Origin: Gemmatimonadaceae bacterium
GTDB taxonomy: Bacteria; Latescibacterota; UBA2968; UBA8231
DNA: 64,000 nt
Assembly: GCA_026706075.1 (NCBI GenBank)
Contig: JAPOZM010000040.1
Location: 72,723 to 136,722, forward strand
Direction of reading: 5' to 3'
Both the position numbers and the translations under genes were made by a program. A model generated the notes under the pieces. That model did not search any database and had not been told where the DNA came from. It saw only the letters and a program-made list of their open reading frames with translations. Positions 37,491 to 46,442 of the stretch are shown piece by piece. Numbering within the stretch: the stretch's first letter is position 1; each line of letters starts with the position of its first letter.

Positions 37491-40214
37491 ATGGGCGGTC
37501 ACGCAGTGCGGCTGATATCGTGCGGGTCACGGGCGCTGGTCTGCGGCTGCGCCGTGGTCCTGGCGCTGACGCTGGCCGGAACGCAGGCTGATGCGCAGGG
37601 GGTGCCCGAGCCCCGGCCGGCCGACCGGCGGCTGCAGGGGACCCGCATAGCCGGCAAGCTCACCTTCCAGCCCATGGGGCCGGGCGTCCTCTTCGGGGCC
37701 CTCGACCCGGCGGTGCGCAAGTGGTACGTGCCGCAGGAGCTGTATCACCAGTACAGGTGGAAGTCCTGGGAGTACACCAACTACGCCAGGCAGCTCTACC
37801 AGCGCTACGTGGGCACGAACCGCGAGGGCGACACCTTCTACGACCTCTACGGCAACTACGTCACCCGGGGCTGGCTGCTCTACGACTGGAGCCAGACCCA
37901 GCCGCAGCAGGACGGCAGCAACGTCTGGAAGAACAGCTACTTCGCGGGGTGGTTCAGCGGCCTCGTCGTCGCCGCCGACCAGAAGGGACAGAACCACCTG
38001 GCCATCACCATCGGCGACAGGATCCGCTCGACCCTGACGCCGATGACGTTCTCGAAGCCGGGCTTCGACGGCATGCAGATCGACTACCAGTCCAACAAGT
38101 ACGAGGTCACGGCGCTGCTGTCACGGATCAGCTCCCCCGGGGCCTCCGGACACCGCAACCCGTCGGTGCAGGAGATGACCACCTCGTCGACGCTCACCGG
38201 CGGGCGCGCCACGGCCCAGGTGGGCGACTTCGTGAAGGTGGGCGGCACCTACGTGAGCGCCCACAACTCCACCCAGCTCCTCGACGCCTTCGACGGGAGC
38301 CCGCGCAGCGGCTCGATCGTGGGGAGCCAGAACGCGCAGAACGTCACCAAGCTCTTCCTGCGCCTCTCGGACGACTCGCCGGAAGACGATGCAGGGGGGG
38401 CGAACCTCTTCGCGTGGGACGTGGTGATCAGGGCCGACGTGGAGGCGGTGGGACCCGAGGGCGAGCTGATCGTGGAGAGGGAGGTGGTGCGCGCCAGCGA
38501 GGTCGGCCTGATCCCGGCCCCCGAGGGGGGGTTCCAGCGGCTGGGCTACGTGGAGGCGAGCGGCTCCGTGCAGATCGAGCTGGTCTACGACTTTTCCCTC
38601 GCCACCTACCGGGGCCCCGATCCCTCAACGATCCGGGAGCTGACCCTCGAGCTGGCCGTTGCCAACGACTACCGGATCGAGGTCGCCTCGGACCGGCAGA
38701 CCGACCGGGCGGGCGACCCCGTCTACCTGCTGGCGGCCCGGGCCGACGGCAACGTCCAGGACGGCTCGAACCTGAGCCTGCTGGAGATCCCCTACGGGCT
38801 GCCCACGGCGACGGAGGTCTTCGGCTTCACCGTGGAGGTGCAGGACCTGAAGGGGATCAAGATCTACGGTGAGTGGGACCGGAGCATCAGTCACCGCAAG
38901 TACCCGAACCGGGCCCACACCCGCCACCTGGGGTCCTCCAGCCAGGGCGACGCCTGGATGGTCAACCTGTCGAGGATCGCCTATCCGTGGTTCCTCTTCG
39001 GCGAGGCCTACAGCATGGAGCACGACTACAATACGAGCGCCTTCCTGGCCCGTGGAGGGCAGAGCATCGATTACTCCGACAAGGGCCAGTTCTACTACGA
39101 ACTCGTCGACGACAACGACGACCAGGACCGCTTCCCGGACTGGCAGCGGATCTTCCAGAACGCCGACTTCGAGGTCTTCCCCGGCTACGACGAGAACCTC
39201 GACTTCGTCTCCGACTTCAACCAGAACTCCAGCAGGGACATCCCGAACCTGGTGCCCGACTACGAGGAGCCCTTCCTGCGGTTCAATACCGACCGGCCCG
39301 AGTTCCTCTTCGGCGTCGACATGAACAACAACCTCTGGATCGACCGCTTCGAGAACGACGACGAGCCCGACTTCCCCTATGGCCGGGACCTGCGCGGATA
39401 CAACCTCTACGCGGGCGCCGACCTGATCCCGGGGGTCCGGTTCACCGTGGGCCGCACGGACGAGAGCCTCATCGCCGGCGACGGCGCCAACACGACGAAC
39501 TACGCCTTCTTCACCGTGGAGCGGGACTACGCCGGCCTCGGCAGGCTCCGCTTCTTCGAGAGCTTCCGCGTCGCCGAGGACAACATCGCCAACGACCTGC
39601 GGCAGTGGTCCGATATCGACCAGGGCAACGTGCCGACCCTCGATCCCCTGGCCGCGCAGGACACGTGGATCAACTCGACCTTCTTCGGCTTCGACTTCAC
39701 CCGGATCGAGGACCTGACCTTCGCCACGAAGGCGAAGTACGACCGCTGGCACCAGCGGGAGGAGCGGCCGGATCTGCGGGACGACTCCTCCTTCTTCGGC
39801 CTGATCAACAAGATCGACCACGAGCGCCGCATCGCCCAGGTGATCCTCCTGCCGCGAATCAAGAACGAGCTGCGTCTGGAGTCGCCGGCGCCGAAGTCCG
39901 ACGCCGAGCGCCGCGAGGATACGCTCCTGCTGTCGTTGCTGGCGCGCTGGCCGCTCCTCGACGCCTCGTCCATGGAGGTGGGCGTGGAGTACGCCATCTT
40001 CAACCAGTTGCGGGATTCCGCCGCGGCGGTCAGGGAGGGGCTCCTCGACGATTACACGGAGATCGTCGGCGCCATACAGTACTCGACCTCCCCCTCCTAC
40101 CAGGGCTACAAGCTGCACGCCAAGATGGGTCTGCGGCTGACGCGGCGATCGATCGCCGGCGAGACCGAATCCGGCAAGGTGGCCTTCGCCACCGTGTACG
40201 CCGGTCTGCAATAG
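37491..40214 (+). CDS. 907-aa exported hypothetical protein, putative outer-membrane beta-barrel with Ca-binding DxDxD-type motifs
   Basis: Signal peptide; Tyr/Trp-rich N-terminus; DDNDDQDRFPD, DENLDFVSDFNQN and DMNNNLWIDRFENDD; alternating amphipathic strands in the C-terminal half; ends FATVYAGLQ. Confidence 0.65.
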   Translation: MGGHAVRLISCGSRALVCGCAVVLALTLAGTQADAQGVPEPRPADRRLQGTRIAGKLTFQPMGPGVLFGALDPAVRKWYVPQELYHQYRWKSWEYTNYARQLYQRYVGTNREGDTFYDLYGNYVTRGWLLYDWSQTQPQQDGSNVWKNSYFAGWFSGLVVAADQKGQNHLAITIGDRIRSTLTPMTFSKPGFDGMQIDYQSNKYEVTALLSRISSPGASGHRNPSVQEMTTSSTLTGGRATAQVGDFVKVGGTYVSAHNSTQLLDAFDGSPRSGSIVGSQNAQNVTKLFLRLSDDSPEDDAGGANLFAWDVVIRADVEAVGPEGELIVEREVVRASEVGLIPAPEGGFQRLGYVEASGSVQIELVYDFSLATYRGPDPSTIRELTLELAVANDYRIEVASDRQTDRAGDPVYLLAARADGNVQDGSNLSLLEIPYGLPTATEVFGFTVEVQDLKGIKIYGEWDRSISHRKYPNRAHTRHLGSSSQGDAWMVNLSRIAYPWFLFGEAYSMEHDYNTSAFLARGGQSIDYSDKGQFYYELVDDNDDQDRFPDWQRIFQNADFEVFPGYDENLDFVSDFNQNSSRDIPNLVPDYEEPFLRFNTDRPEFLFGVDMNNNLWIDRFENDDEPDFPYGRDLRGYNLYAGADLIPGVRFTVGRTDESLIAGDGANTTNYAFFTVERDYAGLGRLRFFESFRVAEDNIANDLRQWSDIDQGNVPTLDPLAAQDTWINSTFFGFDFTRIEDLTFATKAKYDRWHQREERPDLRDDSSFFGLINKIDHERRIAQVILLPRIKNELRLESPAPKSDAERREDTLLLSLLARWPLLDASSMEVGVEYAIFNQLRDSAAAVREGLLDDYTEIVGAIQYSTSPSYQGYKLHAKMGLRLTRRSIAGETESGKVAFATVYAGLQ

Positions 40215-40226
40215 GGATAGAGAGAG

Positions 40227-41906
40227 ATGGAGCGTAGAACGAGGAGTGGTTGGGGCCGGTCCTGGGCGGCGGGGTTTCTGTCCGTCCTGGCGGCCGCCGT
40301 CCTGTGGAGCGGCTGCGCGCGGGAGGAGAGCGGTGCGGTGGTGGCCGTGGTCGGAGGGAAGGCGATCACCGCCCAGGAGGTGCGGGACCTCATCGCCCGA
40401 CGGCTTGAGAAGGAGCGAGAGGCCGGGCCGGCGGACCGGGTGACCGAGCATCTCCAGACTCTGGTCGACGCGGAGCTGCTGCTGCTGGAGGCGGGGGAGG
40501 AGCGGATCGGTGACAGCCCCTTCTACCTGCGCCGCATGGGCCGCCTCCGGCGGGACAAGCTCGTGGGTGCCCTCGAGGCGCGCCGCCTCCCCCTCACGGT
40601 CGGCGACGACGAGGTGGCGCAGTACATCGAGCGCAAGGGGTACGCCCGGGCCATCCGGACGGCGGACATCATGGTCCCCGACCGGGAGACGGCGGAGCGG
40701 GTCCACCGGCTGATCGAGGAAGGCGCCGATTTCGCCGACGTCGCCCGGAGGTGGTCGATCAACAGGGAGACCGCCGCCCAGGGGGGCGACATGGGCCGCT
40801 TCGCCACCCGGTACCAGATGGTCCCGGCCCTCGGCGACGAGCTGTTCACCCTGCCCGTGGGCTCGGTGTCGAAGCCGGTGCCGGTGGGCGGGTACCACGC
40901 GATCTTCAAGGTCCTCGCCGAGTCCTTCTTCGAGCCGACGCCTCAGCAGCGGCAGCTGGTGGCGCAGGAACTGGGGCGCAGCAAGCGGCAGGCGGCGAGG
41001 GACTCCCTGGTCGCCGTCCTGGGACAGGAGTACGGCCTGGAGAGAGACCAGGACGGCCTCGCCAAGTTCGTCGAGACCCTGGCCAGCGGCGCCGAGTCCC
41101 CCCCGGACCGGGTCCTCCACAGGTACGACGGCGGCGAGATCACGGCGGCAGACGTCGTCCAGGCGGCGAGAGGCATCCGGGAGGACATCCTGGCCGGCGT
41201 CGACGACGCCGGAAAGCTGGCAGCCGTCGTGGAGCGGTGGGTCGTGCCCGACGTGCTGCTGATAGAGGCCGCCGTCCGCGAGGGAATCGAGGAGGAGGAG
41301 GAGGTCTCCCGGTGGCTCGCGGAGATGCGGAGACAGACGCTGATCACGGGACTCCGGGGAAAGATCCTGCAGCAGAGGGCGAAGGTCACCGACGAGGACG
41401 TTCGGGAGTACTTCGAGGCCAACCGCGGCGACTTCCTGCACCCGGAGCAGATCGAGGTGGAGGAGATCCTGGTGGAGTCCGAGTCCGAGGCGGCGGAGCT
41501 GCGGCGCCGGATCGAGGCGGGCGCCGACTTCGGCGCCCTGGCGGGGTCGCGTTCGCTGCGCCCGCCGGAGATCCGCGACGAGAGCGGGCGGTTCCACGTG
41601 CACCGGTACGAGTCGCCGAGGTTCGGCGGTCTCGTGGAAGCCGTCGTCGACGCCGAGGCCGGCGAGTTGACCGGACCGGTGGAAGTGGAGGAGGGCTTCA
41701 CCCTCTTCCGCATCCTGTCGCGGGAGCGGCGCCAGGAGACTTGGGAGGAAGCCAGGGCGCGGGCCACCTCCAAGCTGCGGCGCCAGCGGCAGCGGCAGGC
41801 CTTCAACGAGTACATGCAGGAACTGCGGGAACGCTACGACTCGCAGGTCGAGATCCGCCGCGACGCCCTCGAGGCCGCCTTCGGGGCGGACCCTCAGTCG
41901 GGCTGA
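40227..41906 (+). CDS. Peptidyl-prolyl cis-trans isomerase (PpiC/SurA/PrsA-type) lipoprotein, two rotamase domains
   Basis: Lipobox LWSGC; VAVVGG..IT, GADFADVARRWS...GGDMG, GADFGALA and GELTGPVE..GF. Confidence 0.85.
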   Translation: MERRTRSGWGRSWAAGFLSVLAAAVLWSGCAREESGAVVAVVGGKAITAQEVRDLIARRLEKEREAGPADRVTEHLQTLVDAELLLLEAGEERIGDSPFYLRRMGRLRRDKLVGALEARRLPLTVGDDEVAQYIERKGYARAIRTADIMVPDRETAERVHRLIEEGADFADVARRWSINRETAAQGGDMGRFATRYQMVPALGDELFTLPVGSVSKPVPVGGYHAIFKVLAESFFEPTPQQRQLVAQELGRSKRQAARDSLVAVLGQEYGLERDQDGLAKFVETLASGAESPPDRVLHRYDGGEITAADVVQAARGIREDILAGVDDAGKLAAVVERWVVPDVLLIEAAVREGIEEEEEVSRWLAEMRRQTLITGLRGKILQQRAKVTDEDVREYFEANRGDFLHPEQIEVEEILVESESEAAELRRRIEAGADFGALAGSRSLRPPEIRDESGRFHVHRYESPRFGGLVEAVVDAEAGELTGPVEVEEGFTLFRILSRERRQETWEEARARATSKLRRQRQRQAFNEYMQELRERYDSQVEIRRDALEAAFGADPQSG

Positions 41907-43597
41907 GCGCCGCTTCCCTCGCGGACCACGAGGACCTGGTTCGCCTCCAGGCCGCGCCAGGTCTCGACGAGCCCGTTGGGCCAGGTGACCCGCACCTCGT
42001 CGACGCGGGCGGCCTCGCCGAGGCCGAAGTGCAGCCGAGGGTCGCTGCTCGACAGGTAGCTCGACCCGCTGGCCACCTCCCGCACCTGGGTCCGCTCTCC
42101 GCAGCGGACTCGCACCCGCGCGCCGACGCCGTCCCGGTTGCTCGCCGTGCCGACGGTGCGCACCAGCAGCCAGTTGGCCCGGTTGCCGCCGTCGTTGCGC
42201 AGCAGCGTCGGCGCCTCGTTCAGGTTGAGGACGAGGATGTCCACGTCGCCGTCGTCGTCGTAGTCGCCGAAGGCGGCTCCCCGGCTCACCTTCTCGATCT
42301 GCAGGCCGGGTCCGGCGGCGAGGGAGACCTCGTTGAAGGTGCCGTCGCCCAGGCTCTCGAAGAGCTGGTTCCGCTGGGCATAGGCCACCCCGAGGTTGGC
42401 CCTGTCCACCTGGGGGAAGATGTGGCCGTTGGCGACGAAGAGATCCTTGTCGCCGTCGTTGTCGTAGTCGAAGAACTCGGTACCCCACGCCAGGAAGGGG
42501 AAGCTCTCGAGGCCGACCCGCGCCGCGAAGGTGACGTCCGAGAACACCTCGCCGCCGCCGTCATTGCGGTAGAGGGTGTTGGTCTCCTCCCAGAAGTTGG
42601 TCACCAGGATGTCGGCGTCCTCGTCGTTGTCGTAGTCGCCCAGGGCGATGCCCATCGACCCCTGGGCCTCCCCGGACTCGCCGTAGGCGACACCCGCCAT
42701 CCAGCCCAGCTCCTCGAAGGTGCCGTCGCCCTGGTTCCGGTAGAGGTAGTTGGGGCCCGTGTCGTTGGCCACGTACAGGTCGGCATGACCGTCGTCGTCG
42801 AGGTCGCCGGCGACGACGCCGAGCCCGTAGAGCCGTTCCTCGTCGACCACGTTGGCCGCCGCGGTGGCATCGGTGAAGACGCCGTCCCCCTCGTTGCGGT
42901 AGAAGACGTCCGGCTCGCCCCGCAGCCCTCGGGGCCCGAAGTGGACGGTCAGGCCGCGCCAGGTGTGGCGCCGCTCCGGCGTCGTCGCCAGGAAGTGGCG
43001 GAAGTCGACGTAGTTGGCCACGTAGAGATCGAGGTCGCCGTCGCGGTCGTAGTCGAAGAAGGCGCAGCCGGTGCCGAAGCCCTCGTCGCCGACGCCGGCG
43101 CGGGCCGTGGCGTCGGCGAAGCCCCCGCCCTCGTTCCGGTAGAGGACGTTGCGGCCGTAGTTGGTGATGAAGAGGTCCGGATCGCCGTCGTTGTCGTGGT
43201 CGGCGACGGCGACGCCCATCCCCCAGCCCGCATCCCCGAGACCGGCGGCTTCGGTGTCGTCGGCGAAGGCGGCCCGGTCGTTGCGGTAGAGGGCGTTGCG
43301 CGGGCCCCCGCCGTCGGGGAACCCGCCGATGCGCGAGCCGTTGAGGACGTAGAGGTCGAGGTCGCCGTCGCCGTCGTGGTCGAGGAAGGCGACGCCGCCC
43401 ATCATCGTGTCGACGAGGTACTCCTGCTCCTCCTCGCCGGAGACGTTGAGGAGGGTGACGCCCACGTCGGCGGCCACATCCGTGAACTGCACGTCGCTCG
43501 CCGCGGTCTCGGCGGCGGTCACGGCAGCCCCGGGCCCAAGGGCCGGCAGCAGCACGAATGGAAAGAAGGTCCTCCGGAGGGACCCGCAGCCGCTCAC
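41894..43597 (-). CDS. CRTAC1 family protein (FG-GAP repeats + ASPIC/UnbV domain)
   Basis: Repeated D.D.DGD.DLYV.N and LYRN.G.G.F motifs; SNRDGVGARV and SYLSSSDPRLHFGLG. Confidence 0.92.
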   Translation of the reverse strand: MSGCGSLRRTFFPFVLLPALGPGAAVTAAETAASDVQFTDVAADVGVTLLNVSGEEEQEYLVDTMMGGVAFLDHDGDGDLDLYVLNGSRIGGFPDGGGPRNALYRNDRAAFADDTEAAGLGDAGWGMGVAVADHDNDGDPDLFITNYGRNVLYRNEGGGFADATARAGVGDEGFGTGCAFFDYDRDGDLDLYVANYVDFRHFLATTPERRHTWRGLTVHFGPRGLRGEPDVFYRNEGDGVFTDATAAANVVDEERLYGLGVVAGDLDDDGHADLYVANDTGPNYLYRNQGDGTFEELGWMAGVAYGESGEAQGSMGIALGDYDNDEDADILVTNFWEETNTLYRNDGGGEVFSDVTFAARVGLESFPFLAWGTEFFDYDNDGDKDLFVANGHIFPQVDRANLGVAYAQRNQLFESLGDGTFNEVSLAAGPGLQIEKVSRGAAFGDYDDDGDVDILVLNLNEAPTLLRNDGGNRANWLLVRTVGTASNRDGVGARVRVRCGERTQVREVASGSSYLSSSDPRLHFGLGEAARVDEVRVTWPNGLVETWRGLEANQVLVVREGSGAQPD

Positions 43598-45117
43598 GGA
43601 CTCCGCCCGGCCAGTCTCCTGGCGATGGCGAGCTGCCTGCGGGCGTCCTCGTAGCGGCCCACCTTCCTGTAGGTCTCCCCGAGGTCGCGGTGGTAGCGGG
43701 CGTTCGTCGGCTCCAGGGCGATGGCGAGCTTGTGCTCGTGGATCGCCTGCAGGTGCCGGCCCCGCCGGGAGTACTGCACGGCCAGCTCGGCGTGGAACTT
43801 CGGGTTGTCCGGAGACATGGCGACGCTGCGCTCGAGATCGTCGAGGCTCTCCCGGCTCTGCTGGCGGAAGACGGCCATCGCCTGCCGGCTCTCCTCGCGC
43901 CGGCCTTGTTGCATCAAGGCCCTGGCCAGACCGTAGTGGGCCTCCGTGTTGTAGGGGTCGAGGTCGATGGCCTGGCGGAACTCCGGGATCGCCAGAGCGT
44001 GGCTGTCGGCGCGGGCATGGGCGGCGCCGAGGGCGTAGCGGAAGAGGGAGTTCTCCGGCTCGAGCCGGACCGCCTGCCGCAGCTGGGCGATGCCCTCCTC
44101 GTGCCGCGCCTCCCGGGAGTAGATGCCGCCCAGGCGAAAGCGCGTGTACGCCAGGTCCGGGTCGACGGCCAGGGCCCCCTCGTACTGGTCCGCCGCCTGG
44201 CCGTACTCCCGCTGCCGCTCGTAGGCCATGCCGAGGCTGTGCCGAAAGCCGCCGTGGCCGGGGGCCAGCTCGACCGCCCTGCGATGGGCCGCGACGGAGG
44301 CGGCGAGCAGGTCCTGGTCCGCCATCGCCGTCCCCAGCGGGGCGTGGGCCTGCTCGGCGTAGACCCGGCCCAGCTGGTGGTGGACGGCGGCCCTCCGCGG
44401 GTCGAGGCGGAGGCTCTCCTGCAGGGCCTCCGCCGCCTCCGACAGCTTCCCCACGGCCATCCGCGCCGTGGCGAGGAGGTAGTGCACGGAGGGCTCCTCG
44501 GGAATCAGCCCGGCCGCCCTCCCCAGGGCGGCGATCGCCTTTCCGTACTCCTGCTCTTCCAGGTAGATGCCGCCGAGGCGGTAGAGGGAGGGGGGGTAGT
44601 TCGGGTTGATGCGGTGGGCGGTCTCGAAGTGGCGCAACGCCGCCGCGCGGTCGCCGCGCGCGTGGATCATGCCGAGGCCGTGATGGGCCAGGTAGTAGCC
44701 CGGATCGGCGGCGACGGCCTTGCGGAAGGCCTCCTCGGCCCTGGCCGGGTCCTGACGGATCAGGAACAGCTTGCCGAGCTTGTAGAGGGACGGGACGTGA
44801 CCGGCATCGAGGCTCAGGGCCCGTTCCAGGGCCCGCCGGGCCTCGGGGAAGCGGCGCTGCAGGGAGTAGACGAAGCCGAGGCCGTCGAGGGCCCGGACAT
44901 GGGTGGAGTCCAGGGCCACGGCCTTCCGGTAGCTCTCCTCGGCGCAGGCGTAGTCGCCGCCGCCGGCGCAGCGCCGGCCGTGCTGGTAGAGGGAGTCGGC
45001 GCTGCCCGGCGCCGGCGCCTCCTGGGCCGCGAGGCGGAGTGCCGTCCCGGCGAGGACGGCGGCGCAGGCGTAGACGGCCGCGTGCCTCGGGCGGAACGGG
45101 CGCAGGCCGGGGGTCAC
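43594..45117 (-). CDS. Secreted tetratricopeptide-repeat protein
   Basis: GTG at 45117 overlaps the upstream stop; signal peptide; about 12 TPR units (A...LG..Y...G.Y..A...Y.KA..LDP). Confidence 0.85.
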   Translation of the reverse strand: MTPGLRPFRPRHAAVYACAAVLAGTALRLAAQEAPAPGSADSLYQHGRRCAGGGDYACAEESYRKAVALDSTHVRALDGLGFVYSLQRRFPEARRALERALSLDAGHVPSLYKLGKLFLIRQDPARAEEAFRKAVAADPGYYLAHHGLGMIHARGDRAAALRHFETAHRINPNYPPSLYRLGGIYLEEQEYGKAIAALGRAAGLIPEEPSVHYLLATARMAVGKLSEAAEALQESLRLDPRRAAVHHQLGRVYAEQAHAPLGTAMADQDLLAASVAAHRRAVELAPGHGGFRHSLGMAYERQREYGQAADQYEGALAVDPDLAYTRFRLGGIYSREARHEEGIAQLRQAVRLEPENSLFRYALGAAHARADSHALAIPEFRQAIDLDPYNTEAHYGLARALMQQGRREESRQAMAVFRQQSRESLDDLERSVAMSPDNPKFHAELAVQYSRRGRHLQAIHEHKLAIALEPTNARYHRDLGETYRKVGRYEDARRQLAIARRLAGRSP

Positions 45118-46418
45118 GCCGCCCGCACCGGCACCCGGTGGATGACGTTGCCGAGGTAGCCCTTGGGGTTCCAAGGCTGGCGGAAGGGCTGGGCGTTGCC
45201 GGTCTCGTCGAAGGCGCGGGCCCAGATCTCGTAGTAGCCGCGGCCGGCGAGGGTCAGCTCGGCCGACCAGCCGTACCAGGCGTAGCGGTTGGGCGGCGGC
45301 GTCAGACGGGTCTCCTGCCAGTGGACGCCGAAGTCCGTCGATACCAGCACCCGGGCCACCCGGCCCTCGCCGGCCCAGGCGTGTCCCCTGACCTGCACCG
45401 GAACGCCCCGCTGCACCTCGGCCTCGGGTCGCGGCGCGGTGATGAGGGACTTGACCACCCACGAGGTGGCGATCGCCATGTCGGCCTCCGGAGGCTTGTG
45501 GCCGGGGGCGACGGGATAGGCGGGCACTCGGTAGGAGTAGCCGCTCATGTGCCGGGAGTCGTGGACGGTGTCGCGGACCTGGATGCGGTGGAGCCACTTC
45601 TGCATGGAGCTGCCGATCCAGCCCGGCACCAGCAGGCGCGCCGGGAAGCCGTGGGCCGCCGGCAGGGGCTCGCCGTTCATCTTCAGGGCGATGAGGGTGT
45701 GCTCGTCCATCGCCTTGTCCACCGGGATACCCCGCGAGAACACCGGCCGGTCCTCGCCGTGGTTGCCGAGGTACACGGCCTTCTCCGTCAGCCCGGCGGC
45801 CTGCAGCACGTCGCGCAGGCGCACGCCCGTCCACTCGCTGCAGGCCACGGCCCCGCGGATCCACTGGGTGCCGCCCACGGCGGGGGCGAAGAGGCTGCGG
45901 CCGTTGCCCGCGCACTCGACCACCAGCCGGCGGGTGACCTGGGGCAGGCGGCCCAGGTCGTCGTAGGAGAAGGCGCGCGGGGTGCGGACCTCGCCGTCGA
46001 CGGTCAGCTTCCAGTCCTGCAGGTCGCGGCTGCGGGCGCGCTCGGGGATGCCGCCGTTGTTGCGCACGAAGTGGCGGCTCGTGGGGGTCACCGCGTCGTC
46101 GAGCAGGTGCGGGGGGAACTCGCCGTTGAAGGGGTCCGCGGAGTGGACGATCATCTCCGGCTTGGGCAGCCCGGTTCCAGCCGTCGCCGCCCAGGCCCCC
46201 GGCAGGAGACCGCGGCCGAAGAGGCCCCTCACGGCCGCGTCGGGGCCGGCGCCGAGGACGCCCAGGCCGGCCAGGGCCGCGCCCTTCCCCACACACGACA
46301 GGAACCCCCGCCGCGAGGTCATGCGGTCGAAGCGATCCAGCTCCTCGCCGCCGGCGCCGTTGGCGGCCAGCAGGCGGCGGATCCCCTCCGGCTGCAGCTC
46401 GTGCTTCGACAGGGACAT
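45114..46418 (-). CDS. Sulfite oxidase family molybdoenzyme (SoxC/SorA-like), Tat-exported
   Basis: Tat motif SRRGFL; HFVRNN, ECAGNGR (Mo-ligand Cys), WTGVRLRDVL, MNGEPLP..HGFPARL.VPGW and WNPKGY. Confidence 0.9.
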   Translation of the reverse strand: MSLSKHELQPEGIRRLLAANGAGGEELDRFDRMTSRRGFLSCVGKGAALAGLGVLGAGPDAAVRGLFGRGLLPGAWAATAGTGLPKPEMIVHSADPFNGEFPPHLLDDAVTPTSRHFVRNNGGIPERARSRDLQDWKLTVDGEVRTPRAFSYDDLGRLPQVTRRLVVECAGNGRSLFAPAVGGTQWIRGAVACSEWTGVRLRDVLQAAGLTEKAVYLGNHGEDRPVFSRGIPVDKAMDEHTLIALKMNGEPLPAAHGFPARLLVPGWIGSSMQKWLHRIQVRDTVHDSRHMSGYSYRVPAYPVAPGHKPPEADMAIATSWVVKSLITAPRPEAEVQRGVPVQVRGHAWAGEGRVARVLVSTDFGVHWQETRLTPPPNRYAWYGWSAELTLAGRGYYEIWARAFDETGNAQPFRQPWNPKGYLGNVIHRVPVRAA

Positions 46419-46442
46419 CGGTTCCCTCGCGGCCGGGCGCCG

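Noticed and set aside
38625-42488. 1287-aa minus-strand ORF (and similar long ORFs such as 27587-31246, 32863-35739, 40751-43654 and 18746-20941)
   Set aside because: Antisense or alternate-frame shadows of well-supported genes. Stops are scarce at this GC content and the translations have no recognisable motifs.
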